From: Mobula hypostoma
Lineage: Eukaryota
Assembly (NCBI RefSeq): GCF_963921235.1
Contig: NC_086108.1
Location: 84,942,001 to 85,006,000 of the forward strand
Length of the DNA stretch: 64,000 nt
Reading direction: 5' to 3'
The position numbers were made by a program, and so were the translations under genes. Positions within the stretch are counted from its first letter, which is position 1; the number at the start of each line of letters is the position of its first letter. The notes below the pieces were generated by a model. It did not search any database, had not been told where the DNA came from, and saw nothing but the letters and a program-made list of their open reading frames with translations. Shown here piece by piece: positions 62,806 to 64,000 of the stretch.

Positions 62806-64000
62806 TCGTTGCAATACATGATTTAAAAGAGCAGTTTTGTACAGATTGCTTAAATAAATGAATCAGAAATACCTATTGACCTTTTATAAGATGGCTCCAC
62901 AAACTTCAAAGTTATTATTCACACCAATTATCCTTTCTCTACACCTCCAAAATAAATCAAACTTCGGAGAATTCAAATTCACATTCTGTCTGCCTTTGGC
63001 ATTAGCCACAGAATAATTCTGAAGCTGAAACTCAGACTATCTACATGCAATCTAACACCACTGATGTGAAAGCTGTGAGGTATTACTATTATCCATTAAT
63101 ATTGTTTTAGTCACACCAATATGTTCTGCATGTAGTATAGTCACACTTCTCCTTATTTTCATACAACGGCTTGTTTATTGATAGATGATAAAATAAATGG
63201 ATTTCCAAGTGGCCAAGATCTCCAGCCATGTTTATTCCATATGCATTATAATCCAGCTGAGGAAAACAAAAATCTTGAATGAAAATTTAAAAATGTTGAT
63301 ACTTTTCTGCATTGGCGACTGAAAAATGAAAATGAATTATATATGCAATATGACAAAGTATTTTAAAGGTTTTGCAACATACAAAAACAAGTAGATGCTG
63401 GATTTCCTTTTACTAATGGTTAACTAATAAAAAAAACCTCATCTATTTGCTATCTTTAACCTAATAAAAAAACATCCCAGGCTTTCACAGAAACAGGAAC
63501 AAACAAAAGCTGCAGCAAGCCCTGAGGAGATAAAAGGACCATATGCTTTATTAAAATTCAATGATTTTAAGGAGCACCTTAAAGAAGAAGAGAAGTGGAA
63601 TTAAGGGAATAATTTTGAATCTTTGATGACATAGCAACCAATTTAACTGGGGGTGGTCAAGAATCCAGAAATGTGGAGATAAAGCAGGCAACATAATGGA
63701 GGTGATCACTAAAATAAACGTAGGTTTACTTAACTCAGAAACACTGTAGGTCAGGAAGCAAATGAGATGACAGGTCAAAGAGATCTAAATGTGAGATAAG
63801 ATGGTTTATAGTTAGAATAAAAGGAAAGATGACAAAAATTGTGCTGGAATACTGAATAACTGAGTTCAGAGATAATAGCCTTAGTAACAGATGATCAGAG
63901 GAGAGGCTACAATCAAATTGGGTTGTGGAAATGGAAGACTTTAAAGCGGGGTTCCCAGGAGTCCATGGACTCCTCAATTAATGGTAGGGGTCCAAGACAT

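Noticed and set aside
1..64000. Prokaryotic systems, CRISPR arrays, rRNA or bona fide tRNA genes
   Set aside because: The sequence is spliced vertebrate DNA. There is no regularly spaced repeat-spacer array, and tRNA-like boxes occur only in SINE heads.

Overview
Eukaryotic, vertebrate genomic DNA. The repeat content (CR1 with an esterase ORF1, Rex1/Babar, Neptune-type Penelope elements, V-SINE/HE1-like and Deu-SINE-like remnants) points to a cartilaginous fish, probably a ray or shark; this is an inference. The only host gene I can support is two minus-strand coding exons (8139-7994 and 7301-7160) encoding Ig domain 1 of a LAR-family receptor tyrosine phosphatase, best match PTPRF. The rest is most likely intronic and densely filled with nested transposons: two Tc1 fossils, a four-TIR mariner MITE in two copies, a nested hAT element, a near full-length CR1, many CR1 and Rex1 fragments, a Tx1 tail and a solo LTR. 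The most notable system is a large Penelope-like retroelement family. Its 3' pseudo-LTR carries a minimal hammerhead ribozyme (about 11 copies, 3 with an intact core). It produces inverted insertions with 10-14 bp target duplications and an asymmetric ~40 nt tail, including ~230 bp non-coding hairpin derivatives centred on the ribozyme. Most short ORFs in the supplied track are spurious or transposon-derived.
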